64,000 nt of DNA from Squalus acanthias. Its lineage: Eukaryota. The number at the start of each line of letters is the position of its first letter. Position 1 is the first letter of the stretch. Under the pieces are notes generated by a model. The model made no database searches. It had not been told where the DNA came from and was given only the letters and a program-made list of their open reading frames with translations. Positions 12,991 through 25,400 of the stretch are shown in pieces. The stretch is from contig CM059432.1 of NCBI GenBank assembly GCA_030390025.1, positions 108,812,001 through 108,876,000 on the forward strand. Direction: 5' to 3'. Position numbers and translations under genes: made by a program.

Positions 12991-14270
12991 TGGCTGCGAT
13001 TTTCCCTACCTCAGCGGGTCCGTGGCGGGCGACGTCAGTGGCAGGTCCTGACCCCACTGCTGGCTCCAGCCCGCTCTGTAGAATGATTTTTCCCCTGATT
13101 GGGCTTGTTAAGCCCGCTCAGTGCGTTTCCCAGTCCAATTGAAGGAAGCGGGTCTGATGACATAATTCAATGACACGTCATCAGCCGGTTTCCTTAAAGG
13201 GACCTTGTGCAAATTTACTTTAACATTTGTGCTGTCAGTGTTGTGCAGCATTGAGGTGCTGCAAATACTGACAAGCACTGCACAGAGGTGCACGGCTGCA
13301 CCCATATGCTTATGGAGGGAGTCACAGCACACAGGGAGGTGCTCTTCCCTTCCGATGGGCGGAAGAGACCTCCCCAGGACACCAACGCAGCCTGGTTGCA
13401 CATTGCACAGGAGGGCACAAGCAGGGATGTCATCAGGAGGACCTGGCTGCACTGGCGCAAAACTTTCGATGATCTCAGTAGATCAGGAAACGTTAGTACA
13501 AAGCCACACTCAACCTCATCCTGCTGTGCCTCTCATCACATCCCCATCACTCTACCTTCCCATCCCTACTCCTGCACATTCCTTACTCACACCAACTTAC
13601 CTTGCACCTCCACCCATCCCTCTCTATTTACATTATCACTTCCCCATCTCACTAGCCACCGCTCACACTCACCCTCATCCTAGTGCTATCATACCAACGA
13701 ACAAAACACAACGGTAGGCACTTGTGTGTTTTAGCCAATGTTCATGTGAAGCTTCTGTTAATATGCTGTCAAACATTGAAATCTTTATTTTCAACACTTT
13801 ACGTTGTTGGACAGATTTCTGTGCACCTTTGGAAGTGGCTTAGTGAGTTGTAGTGAATGGTGAGACATAATGGCAACCCCGCAATGCTGATTAGTGTGAA
13901 AGGAATGGTTTGGGCATTGTAGGGATGCTTTATGGTGTTGGTGTGGGGTGGTGCCAACCTGGCGCATCATGTGGCAGCCAGGGTGTACAGTATCAAGTGA
14001 AGTAAATGTGGCCATGGTGAGGCCATCCCTGGCCTCCCGGGCAGCAATGTGGTCGGGTGCTGATGCCCTCTGTCCTGTGCAGCATTCGATGTTTGCGGAG
14101 TAGGTTGGTGTGGTTGTTGGTGCTGGTGTTGGAGCTGATCTTGGTCAGATTATGAGGACCAAGGTGAGAGAGTATAAACCGTACCCATGCTGATGGAATA
14201 GATGGCAGGTGAACTTGAAATGACAGGAAATGAACAAACATTCCCATCTGGCATAATTCTGTGACATTTA
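12991..14270 (+). mobile_element. Decayed Harbinger element with a Myb/SANT exon remnant
   Basis: ORF segment LMEGVTAHREVLFPSDGRKRPPQDTNAAWLHIAQEGTSRDVIRRTWLHWRKTFDDLSRSG is homologous to exon 1 at 20235-20471. TIR-like start ggctgcgatttt. Confidence 0.7.
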
Positions 14271-15807
14271 GAAGCACAGAAACATAGAAGATAGGAGCAG
14301 GAGTAGGCCATTCGGCCCCTCGAGCCTGCTCCGCCATTTAATGAGATCATGGCTGATCATCCAAATTCAGTACCCTGTCCCTGCTTTCTCCCCATATCCC
14401 TTGATCCCTTTAGCCTTAAGAAATATATCTATCTCCTTCTTGATTATATTTAATGAATTGGCCTCAACTGCCTTCTGTGGTAGAGAATTCCACAGGTTCA
14501 CCACTCTCTGGGTGAAGAAATTCCTCCTCATCTCAGTCCTAAATGGCTTACCCCTTATCCTTAGACTGTGACCTCTGGTTCTGGACTCCCCCTGCCATCG
14601 GAAACATCCTTCCTGCATCTAGTCTGTCTAGTCCTGTTAGAATTTTATAAGTTTCAATGAGATCCCCTCTCATTCTTCTAAACTCTAGTGAATATAAGCC
14701 TAATCGACCCAATCTCTCCTCATACATCATTCCTGCCATCCCAGGTATCAGTCTGGTAAATCTTCACTGCACTCCCTCCATGGCAAGAACATCCTTCCTC
14801 AGATAAGGCGACCAAAACTGCACACAATACTCAAGGTGTGGTCTCACCAAGGCCTTGTACAACTGCAGCAAGACATCCTTGCTCCTGTACTCGAATCCTC
14901 TCGCTATGAAGGCCAACATACCATTTGCCTTCTTAACCGCCTGCTGCACCTGCATGCTTACCTTCAGCGACTGGTGCACAAGGACTCCCAGATCTCGTTG
15001 CACTTCCCCTTTTCCCAATCTATTGCTGTTCAGATAATAATCTGTCTTCCTTTTTTTGCCACGAAAGTGGATAACCTCGCATTTATCCACATTATACTGC
15101 ATCTGCCATGCATCTGCCCAATCACCCAACCTGTCCAAATCATACTGGAGTTTCTCTGCATCCTCCTCACAGCACACACGCCCACCCAGCTTTGTGTCGT
15201 CTGCAAACTTAGAGATATTACATCTAGTTTCCTCGTCTAGATCATTAATATATATTGTGAATAGCTTGGGTCCTAGCACCGATCCCTGCGGTACCCCACT
15301 AGTCACTGCCTGCCACTCGGAAAAAGACCCGTTTATTCCAACTCTTTGCTTCCTGTCTGCCAACCAGTTCTCTATCCAAATCAGTACCTTACCCCCAATC
15401 CCATGTGCTTTAACTTTGCACGCTAATCTCTTATGCGGGACCTTATCGAAAGCCTTCTGAAAGTCCAAATACACCACATCCACTGGTTCTCCCTTATCTA
15501 TTCTACCAGTTACATCCTCAAAAAATTCCAGTAGATTAGTCAGCCATGATTTACCTTTTGTAAATCCATGTTGACTTTGTCCGATCCTGTCACTGTTTTC
15601 CAAGTGCTCTGCTATTACACCTTTAATAATGGACTCTAGCATTTTCCCCACTACCGATGTCAGGCTTACCAGTCTATAATTCCCCGTTTTCTCTCTACCA
15701 CCTTTATTAAATAGTGGGGTTACATTAGCTACCCTCCAATCCATGGGAACTGTTCCAGAGTCTATAGAATTTTGAAAGATGACCAGCAATGCGTCTACTA
15801 TTTCTAG
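14271..15807 (-). mobile_element. 5'-truncated CR1 LINE (RT domain, premature stop)
   Basis: RT motifs QHGF, LDFQKAFDKVPH, GVPQGSVLGP, FADDTK. TGA at 14764 where the intact copy has CGA. Candidate TSD CATTTA at 14265-14270 and 15808-15813. Confidence 0.95.
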
Positions 15808-17264
15808 CATTTACCTGTGCTCTACATGAATTGTAATGTTAAGAGATTCAACTGAAATAAAAATTGTATTCTCAAATTGCCCATATACAAAATTGTAGTC
15901 AGTGCTGAATCTTGTATCCTTTTTACAGCTTATAATTCATTACAGTTTTCAGTTCTTACAGTCATTCATGTTTCAATTGAAATGTTTTCAGGAAACCAAA
16001 TAGAAACATCCATAAGCCCCCTTGCCAGCAATTTAATGTGGACTTTAATCAATGACTGTTCGGGACCACTTCCTTGCTCCTCTTTACACATCCCCTAACC
16101 ACCTTAAAACACGCCCAATGAATTATTTTTTCTCTCTTGACGTGATTGGCAATGACAGGCGAATAAACACTGACCATTTTTATGAGAATGCTGGCTTCAG
16201 CAGCACAGAGTCTTCGTAAAGTATGTTCAAAATATAAAGAGCCCCAGTTTATATTTTTCTTTGCAGCTTTGATTTAAATTGTTATACGTTACAATGGCAA
16301 GAAAGCAAGGGCAAGCAGGTGCGGAATCTCCTGTTTTTTTACATACAACTCAAAAAGAAAAGCTCTCTCCTTATTAATTAAAGCCCTGCAATGTCGAATA
16401 ACCAACAAGGTTTCCGCATGTCAATCGCTTTACTTCCTCATTTGCTGGATACTAAGTGACAATTCGACCACGTTTTCATCAGGCAAGGTCCATCACTGAA
16501 TTGATATTTTCCCCAGATGCGACTTGTTTCCTTCCTAGCTGCTGATTTTCATCTCCCAATTGTGGTCAGTCGTCAGGTTTTTATGTGCCAAAATCCAGAG
16601 AAAATTACATAATTCCTCCAAAATCTGTGTATTTGTTACCTGAAAATGAAATTTGAAAATGACCGAATAGTGATGTTTAGCACACAAGCAGCATTAATGC
16701 TACAACACTGTACAGTGCAAAGAATATGGGGGTTTGGGTAATTTGGAAAGTTAGGGGGGGGAAATTCAGTTGGTTGCGCCTCCCGTTAGCGCCTTAAGAG
16801 GGCGCTAATGGGGCGCATAGCAGCTAGCGCCCGGGCGCAGCGATGTTTGCGCCGCTCGCGAACTTAACTAGACATTTTGCGGCAGCGCTAAACTTTATCG
16901 CCGCGATCTCCTGCGCGCGCAGATTGTGACGTCATACGAGAGTGCAACGCCCTTGTGGCGCCCCGGAGCAGAATTTCAGTGGCGCCCCCATCCTTACCGC
17001 CTGGCGCATCCAACGACCGGAAGAGTGGAACGCTAACAATCGCTGTGGGGCTGGGGGGGGCGCTATTTAAAGGGGGCCTCTTCCTGTCTTTCTCTGTGGT
17101 TGACATTTTTGCACCACTCGTTCTGAGAGAGAGAGAGAGATTCAGAGAGAGAGAAAGAGAGACTTCTGCATTGAGTCAACGCTGTGTGAGGTAGATTTGG
17201 CTACTCATCCTAACTTCGCTGGTACTTTGGTTTATGGCCTTCATAACTTTGCTTGCTAAGAGAT

Positions 17265-18295
17265 ATGGGGGCTGCACTGATGGGGGGCGTCGTCCTGCGC
17301 CAGCTGAATCGGAGGAGACAGAGACGCAGAGAGAGAGTGGCAATGATGGCCAGACGGAGGAGGGCCAACAGGCGTCTGTACAGGAGAGCTTACCCTCCCA
17401 GGGTATATCGTGAACAGCTCTCCTACATTCATATGTCTGATGAGCAGTGTCTGCGAAGGCTGCGCTTCAGCAAGGAGGTGGTCACTGAGCTCTGCCACCT
17501 GCTGCAGCCAGATCTGCAGCCTCAACTGAGGTCCAGGACGTCTCTGTCGGTGGCAGTGAAGGTCATAGTGGCTCTGAACTTTTATGCTACTGGCTCATTT
17601 CAATCTGCTGTTGGGGACATCGCCAATATCTCCCAGTTCGCGGTGCATTGCTGCATCAGGAAGGTCTCAAATGCCCTCTTTAAAAGGAGACGAGAGTTCA
17701 TCTCTTTCCCCATGACCCCAGACAAGCAGCAAGAACGCACTCTGAGCTTTGCGAGGATAGCGGGCTTCCCCATGGTGCAGGGCGCCATTGACTGCATGCA
17801 TGTGGCTTTGTGTGCTCCGCATGAGAATGCCGAGGATTTCCGGAACAGAAAGGGGTTCCATTCCTTGAATGTTCAGTTGGTCTGTGACCACAGACAGTTG
17901 ATACTCACTGTCAATGCCCACTATCCTGGCAGCTGCCACGATGCTTTCATCCTGCGCCAGACTACTGTGGCAGAACTTTTCGAGGCACCGCATCAGCCAG
18001 TTGGTTGGCTTCTCGGGGACAAGGGGTATCCACTGAGCACCTGGCTGATGACACCGCTCCGTACGCCCAACACCCCTGCTGAGCTGCGGTACAACGAGAG
18101 CCATCAAGCTACCAGGAACATCGTGGAGCACACAATCGGCGTGCTCAAGCAACGGTTCCGCTGTCTCGACCATTCTGGAGGAGCCCTGCAGTACTCGCCT
18201 GAGCGAGTTTCCAACATCGTAGTTGTGTGCTGCATGCTGCATAACATGGCAATCCTCAGGACCCAGCCAATGCCACCAGGCCTTGGAGCACCACC

Positions 18296-18326
<31 letters not shown>

Positions 18327-18425
18327 GAGGAGGATGATCAGCAGCAGCACCAAGGCGTGAGGGCGGCCCACAATGGTGAAACTGCAAGGGCCGTCCGTCA
18401 GCGGCTGATAGCAAGCCGCTTCTAG
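17265..18425 (+). CDS. Harbinger (HARBI1-like) DDE transposase
   Basis: Uninterrupted ORF from the ATG at 17265. Motifs RLRFSKE, ALNFYATGSFQ, GAIDCMH (D), NRKGFHSLNVQLVCD, YPGSCHDAFIL, WLLGDKGY (D), RNIVEHTIGVLKQRFRCL (E), CCMLHN, then a poly-E tail. Confidence 0.93.
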
Positions 18426-18736
18426 GCCCCTGCTGTGGAAATGGCTTCTGCCATTGAGAACAGCATGAATTAACCCAACACGCAACCCCTAAGCCGGCCA
18501 AGGCACCAATGATTCCAAACACCAAACATGTATATTTTGAGTACCAAAACTTATTTATTTTACAAACTCTGTGTGTGTCATTTCTTCATGACAAACTCAT
18601 ACAAATAAACACAAAAAAACAGTCATTACCATAACTGGTTCTCACAACCTGGAGATCATGTGCAAAACACTCAACAAAAGTTTGACCACGAACCTCGGCC
18701 TTTAATAAAAAAATGACCAGCATTTTGTCACACCTC

Positions 18737-20471
18737 CTACATCGAGGGTGAACTCCTTCCCGTGCGCCCTTCCCCCCTTCTTACCCTACTGCTCCTCCGC
18801 AATGGGACCTCAGTGGCTGCAGCAAGGCTGGTGGAAGGCTGCTGACTGTCAGGCCCTGACAATGCAGATGCCCTTGAGGGACGGCCTCGACCAGTTCTGG
18901 GCCTGAAGGGCCCGGCTGCAGACTGCACCAACTCTGCATGGGCGGCAGCAGTCTGTCCTACAGGCGGTGGCAACTGCAGTGGAGAAGTGACAGTGGTGGC
19001 AGCAGGAATGCTGTCATCTTGAGCGAGGACAGCAACTCCCTGCTCGACCGGCACACTGGCACTCCCACGGGGCAGCACCTCAGCATCCGGAGCAATCTGC
19101 TGGAGCACAGATTGCTGGCCTGCTGCGGCGCGGTGAGAGCCCCGGGGAAATGTGAACGAACCAGCGAGGATGGCAGCAGACAGTGCTCGCGTGACCTCAA
19201 TCTGAGTCTGCATGAGAGCAGTCTGAGATTGAATTGCAGCACTGAGCTTCAGTGTCGCATCCGCCTGCGCTGCAGCGAAGTGCTCCACACTCCTTGCCAG
19301 TGCTTCAATGCATTCGGGCACCCTACCCACTGCAGCCATGAGCTCAGTGTGCATGCCCACCGCCTGGGTGTTCATTTCCGCGATCAGCTGCTCCTCCTCT
19401 GCGTCCAGTGCAGCAGGACTCGCTGGCATACTCTCCCTCCAGGGAGTAGGCCCCCGAGCTTCCCTACCCCCATCGCGTTGCTGCAGCCCGCTGGGTCCTG
19501 GAGCTTCACCCTCATCAGACCCTTCCCCACTGCTCCCCTCCAGGGAAGGCGTGTTCCCAGTGTCGGCATGGGCTTCCTTGGGAGAGGGTGGCACTGATGC
19601 TCCGGCTTCCTCTTCCTCCTCGGCTGCAGCTTCACTCCCACTGGCAGCTTCAGGGCCCGTCTCCTCAGCTGGTGAATCACCATCTGAAAGCAGGGAGGTA
19701 CAAGAGTGGCTTTAGCGTGAGGACAGGGTGGCAGTAAGGGAGGAATAAGTGCAGTGAGTTAGTAAGTTGGATTGAAAGTGTCAAAGGCTGGTGTTGTGAG
19801 GGACAAGTGGAAGGACAGAGGACAAAAAGGTGATGACCTCACCATTGCTGTCCAGAACGGGGTCGGCGTCTCCATGGCGACGGGACCGATCACCCGGCTT
19901 GCCACAATCCTGTGGACGCGCTCCTCAAGATCGCTGAGGGGTTGCAGCTGAGGCCGCCCTCCACCCGTCCGTTGCTGCTGTCTCCTATTATGCGCCAGCT
20001 TGGCCTGCAAGAAAAAGGACGGCGTCTGAGTAAATATACAGCCATGGTCTTGCCTGATGTGCCTCCCATAGGTGAATAGCCCTTACTGTATGCAAAGTAT
20101 GGAATGTGTGTGTGTGCTTCATGAAAGGGCCATAGGTGTTGGATGAGTGTTGTTAATTGTGGTTTTAAGACCCTCTGGCCATAGAGTGAGGTTGAGATGG
20201 AGGGATGGAGAGGTATTGCAAAACAGCCACTCACCCTGACGACCCGAGTGAGGTCGTTCAACTTTTTCCGGCATTGGACATGGGTCCTGGGCACCATGCT
20301 CCTGGAGGAGACGCGCTGAGCCACCTCCCTCCACACTCTTCTGTAGTCGCGCGGCAAAGGCCTCCTGCCACTCTCTGGGTACAGTATTGGTCTTCGGCGC
20401 TCCACCGCGCCAACCAGAGCATCCAAGGCCCGCTCGGTGAAGCGCTGAGCTCGTTCTCTCACCCTCTCCAT
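18737..20471 (-). pseudogene. Harbinger Myb/SANT-like DNA-binding gene; exons 20471-20235, 20004-19843, 19683-18737; apparent 1-nt frameshift in exon 2
   Basis: Exon 1 encodes RAQRFTERALDALVGAVERRRPILY..WREVAQRVSS..RTHVQCRKKLNDL (Myb/trihelix pattern). All four junctions are GT-AG. The long exon-3 frame needs phase 1, but exon 2 ends in phase 0. Confidence 0.85.
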
Positions 20472-20833
20472 CCATGGCTGGAAAATGGATTCACAGGTCT
20501 CTCCAGGCCGAGATTCAAGGCTGCAATGAGCAGGGTGTGGCTGGGGAGCAAGATCGCCCCCCCCCCTTTAAGAACTGGCCGGCGCCAGTGTGTCTGTGTT
20601 CCCTCGCTAACTGGCAGCACCTGCGCTGCGCTCGCGCTCTGAGTTAGCGCCTCACTCCTTGGCCTTTGTGCCTTAAGACAGGTGTGCAGCGCCTGATTTA
20701 GCGCTCCAATCACCTCCCGGGGCGTTAAAAGTGAAGTTTCCAGTCAGTGGCGATAATTAGCGCCAGGCGCTAATTTTTGCGCCTGGACGATATTTGCGCC
20801 CCAAACGGGGCGCGACTGAATTTTTCCCCCTTA

Positions 20834-21690
20834 AAGTTTAAAAAATTTCAAACCCGAACCCAACCCGCCCACTTCTGGTTTAATGAAGGCGGGAGTCCAA
20901 ACTGTTCTCGGGAGGTGGGTCGCTCATTTAAATATTTTAATGAGGCTGCATGCCTCAGATTATTTCTCTGTTTTAACACTGGCCGGCAGGGTTTCCTGGG
21001 GCTTGGGAAACCCAGCAGCTGAAGGGAGGCGAAGACTCCTGAATGGAACAGGTTAGTGCCTTTCCAGCACTGTTTGTGGGCCAGGAGAAGCAGGAGTGCT
21101 TCCCCCGGCCCTCCAAGCTACCCTGTTAACCTCCCCAGCAATCAAATGATCCCTCACCCCCGCCCCCTCCCCCCCCCCCCCCCACCCCACCCCCCGTGAT
21201 CCGAAGCCCTCCCAAAGTTCTCCCTGGGCTGCAATCTCCTCTCAGTGCCCCCTCCTCACCCCATGTGCTCCACAGGCCCAATGTGATCTCCTCCATGGAC
21301 CCCCGTGATTGGACCCCCCCGCCCGATATCTCCGGGCCCCAGCACCCAACCCCCCCATCTCCCCCGATCCCTCTAGGACCCCCATCAATGTCCCCTCCCT
21401 GATCTCTCCGGGACACCCCCCCACCCCCCGCCCACCAATGTCCTCCGCCCGACCCCCAATCTCTCAGGTCCCCTATCATTGTCGCCCCCTCCCTCCTCTA
21501 CGCTCAATCTAGCTGACTGTGGCTGGGGAATGGATTCCAAAAATGGTAATAAAGTCCTGCCGTTAAAATTGGCAGGACCTGAGGGAAACCCATTCTTCCA
21601 GGGCCTATGCATCAGATATATACCTGCAAATGGGAGCAATTATTTAAAGGGAAGTTTTGCTAACACATCAGGTGAATCCCCGTGAATTTC
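20834..21690. mobile_element. Non-autonomous DNA element, related to 22469-25535 and 28713-29702 (inverted)
   Basis: Shares gggtttcc..gggcttgggaaacccagcagct and caggttagtgcctttccagcactgtttgtgggccaggagaagcagg with the other copies, followed by a C-rich stretch. Confidence 0.6.
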
Positions 21691-22468
21691 CAATGGTGAG
21701 TCTGTTGATTCCCAGGTGCAGACTGGACTGGGCACTGCTCCTATATTGCCAGCATTCTTAGCCCAGCTGTATTATCCGGTTTGAGCAGTCAGGCCTACCA
21801 TGCTAGGCCTGGATTGTCTTTTTGACCCCCCCATTTCCCAGCAGGGAAGGCTATTGCATTGCCAAATATAAGTAATGGTGGGTAGGTGGGGCCCAGCAAT
21901 ATCCCTGCATTCTGCAAAGCTCAGGGACCACCAGGAGATGGGTTGCAGTAGTCCCTGGGGGAAGGGGTGGAAACCTGCTGACGCCCATTTTGGAGGAACA
22001 GGGCCCAGTAGGTGGATCAGGAAACTTTACTTAAATAGGAACAGTTGAATACGAACATACGAAAATGACGGACAGGAAAAGACCAGCTGGTCCATCAAGT
22101 CTGCCCCACAGAACATCATGCCTGGAGCACCGTGACTAAACACTTCCTAACCCCATCCTCCCACAGTCATGTAATCGCCTGGGAGACGCAAAAAAACAGA
22201 GAAAAATCTAGAACCAATAAGGGAATAATAAGCGATCAAAACCATTCCAGAAAATCACTTGAATCATGTGTTATCTGTAAAACCACTTACCTTCTCTATG
22301 ATGCGATCGCTGTCCCAGTCAGGAACTGGTCCAGCTCCCTCTTGAAGGCAGGCAGAGAGTCTACGTTAGTCACTAGCCACATGTGGCAAATTGGGAATCC
22401 AGATGTGGCTAATTGTGTTTCTGATTAGTAAATTAAAAAATGAGTAATAGACACCGTTGTTAGGCATG

Positions 22469-25400
22469 TGGGCCGATATTTGTGGGTAGGGAGCATAGGA
22501 GTGCGGGGTCGGGAAACCTGGAACTCCTGGGGATGCAGAGGTCCTGCATAATTTAACAGCAGGATCTCATTATAATTTTTTCTTCCACTTTCTAGCCGGC
22601 CAGACTGACAGGCTGGTCAGCTGCTGGGCAAGAAAGCCAGTCACAGGAGGCCGCAGCCGGGGACCATTCAGGACCGTCCCTGGCAATCAGGAAAGATCAG
22701 GGATTAGTGGGGGGTGGTGGTGGGTCAGAGCCCAGCAATTGGGAAGGGAGGGCAAGACCGTGGGTTGGTGGGGGGGGTGGTCAGAGCCCGGCAATCAGGA
22801 GGGAGGGAGGCACGGGAAGGAGCGGAGGGAGGTTCGGCAGATCAGAGGACAGAAGGCTCGGGATCGCTGGTTGAGGGGGGGAAGATCAGAGGACAGAAGG
22901 CTCGGGATCACTGGTTGAGGGCGGGCAGATCAGAGGACAGAAGGCTCGGGATCACTGGTTGAGGGGGGGCAGATCAAGGGGCAGAAGGCTCGGGATCGCT
23001 GGTTGAGGGGGGGCAGATCACGGGGCAGAAGGCTCGGGATCGCTGGTTGAGGGGGGGCAGATCACGGGGCAGAAGGCTTGGGATCGCTGGTTGAGGGGGG
23101 GCAGATCACGGGGCAGAAGGCTCAGGATCGCTGGTTGAGGGGGGGCAGATCACGGGGCGGAAGGCTCGGGATCGCTGGTGAGGGGGGGCAGATCACGGGA
23201 CAGAAGGCTCGGGATCGCTGGTTGAGGGGGGGCAGATCACGGGACAGAAGGCTCGGGATCGCTGGTTGAGGGGGGGCAGATCAGAGGACAGAAGGCTCGG
23301 GATCACTGGTTGAGGGGGGGCAGATCAGAGGACAGAAGACTCGGGATCACTGGGTGAGGGGGGGCAGATCACGGGGCGGAAGGCTCGGGATCGCTGGTTG
23401 AGGGGGGCAGATCACGGGGCAGAAGGCTCGGGATCGCTGGTTGAGGGGGGGCAGATCACGGGGCAGAAGGCTCGGGATCGCTGGTTCAGGGGGGGCAGAT
23501 CAGAGGACAGAAGGCTCGGGATCACTGGTTCAGGGTGGGGGAAGATCACAGGGCGGAAGGCTCAGGATCGCTGGTTGAGGGGGGCAGATCACGGGGCGGA
23601 AGGCTCGGGATCGCTGGTTCAGGGTGGGGGCAGATCACGGGGCAGAAGGCTCGGGATCGCTGGTTCAGGGTGGGGGCAGATCACGAGGCAGAAGGCTCGG
23701 ATCACTGGTTGAGGGTGGGGCAGATCACGGGGCGGAAGGCTCGGGATCACTGGTTCAGGGTTGGGGGCAGATCACGGGGCAGAAGGCTCGGGATCACTGG
23801 TTCAGGGTTGGGGGCAGATCACGGGGCAGAAGGCTCGGGATCACTGGTTCAGGGTTGGGGGCAGATCACGGGGCAGAAGGCTCGGGATCACTGGTTGAGG
23901 GGGGCAGATCACGGGGCGGAAGGCTCGGGATCACTGGTTCAGGGTTGGGGGCAGATCACGGGGCAGATGGCTCGGGATCACTGGTTCAGGGGGGCAGATC
24001 ACGGGGCAGAAGGCTCGGGATCACTGGTTCAGGGTTGGGGGCAGATCACGGGGCAGAAGGCTCGGGATCACTGGTTCAGGGTTGGGGGCAGATCACGGGG
24101 CAGAAGGCTCGGGATCACTGGTTCAGGGTTGGGGGCAGATCACGGGGCAGAAGGCTCGGGATCGCTGGTTCAGGGTTGGGGGTAGATCACGGGGCAGAAG
24201 GCTCGGGATCGCTGGTTCAGGGTTGGGGGCAGATCACGGGGCAGAAGGCTCGGGATCGCTGGTTCAGGGGGGCAGATCAGAGGACAGAAGGCTCGGGATC
24301 ACTGGTTCAGGGTTGGGGGCAGATCACGGGGCGGAAGGCTCGGGATCGCTGGTTCAGGGTTGGGGGCAGATCACGGGGCAGAAGGCTCGGGATCACTGGT
24401 TGAGGTGGGGGCAGATCACGGGGCGGAAGGCTCGGGATCACTGGTTCAGGGTTGGGGGCAGATCACGGGGCAGAAGGCTCGGGATCACTGGTTGAGTGGG
24501 GCAGATCACAGGGCGGAAGGCTCGGGATCACTGGTTCAGGGTTGGGGGCAGATCACGGGGCAGAAGGCTCGGGATCACTGGTTCAGGTGGGGGCAGATCA
24601 CGGGGCGGAAGGCTCGGGATCACTGGTTCAGGGTGGGGCAGATCACGGGGCAGAAGGCTCGGGATCACTGGTTCAGGGTTGGGGGCAGATCACGGGGCAG
24701 AAGGCTCGGGATCGCTGGTTCAGGGTTGGGGGCAGATCACGGGGCAGAAGGCTCGGGATCACTGGTTGAGGGGGGCAGATCACGGGGCGGAAGGCTCGGG
24801 ATCACTGGTTCAGGGTTGGGGGCAGATCACGGGGCAGAAGGCTCGGGATCGCTGGTTCAGGGTTGGGGGCAGATCACGGGGCAGAAGGCTCGGGATCGCT
24901 GGTTCAGGGTTGGGGGCAGATCACGGGGCGGAAGGCTCGGGATCGCTGGTTCAGGGTTGGGGGCAGATCACGGGGCAGATGGCTCGGGATCTCTGGTTCA
25001 GGGTTGGGGGCAGATCACGGGGCGGAAGGCTCGGGATCGCTGGTTCAGGGTTGGGGGCAGATCACGGGGCAGAAGGCTCGGGATCGCTGGTTCAGGGTTG
25101 GGGGCAGATCACGGGGCGGAAGGCTCGGGATCGCTGGTTCAGGGTTGGGGGTTGGCGAGGAGAGGCCGCAATTGACAGAAGAATTGCTTGAGCGGCCATG
25201 GGGACGGGCGACGAAGCAGACCTGCTCCTCCTGGCTTACAAGGAATGCTCTAAAAAGCACTTGCCTTCTGCAGCTGGGTAAAGGGCTTCTCGAGCCCTGG
25301 GAAACACCGCCGGCAACTGTTAAATTTAAATCAGGTTCCCAATTGCGGGAGCCTGATTTAATTATAATGAAGTGTCTCGCCTCTCCAATACAGGATTCAG

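Larger units (their letters stand above)
16754..20830 (+). mobile_element. Full-length PIF/Harbinger DNA transposon
   Basis: TIRs GGGGGGGGAAATTCAGT / ACTGAATTTTTCCCCC. TTA TSD at 16751-16753 and 20831-20833. Contains two convergent genes (transposase and Myb-like). Confidence 0.95.

Noticed and set aside
17265..18425. Host HARBI1 gene
   Set aside because: Lies within TIRs and a TSD, next to a partner Myb-like gene and with MITE relatives; it is a transposon copy.
17667..19715. Antisense ORFs over the Harbinger genes (272 aa, 219 aa, 135 aa)
   Set aside because: Shadow frames of GC-rich coding sequence with no recognisable motifs.
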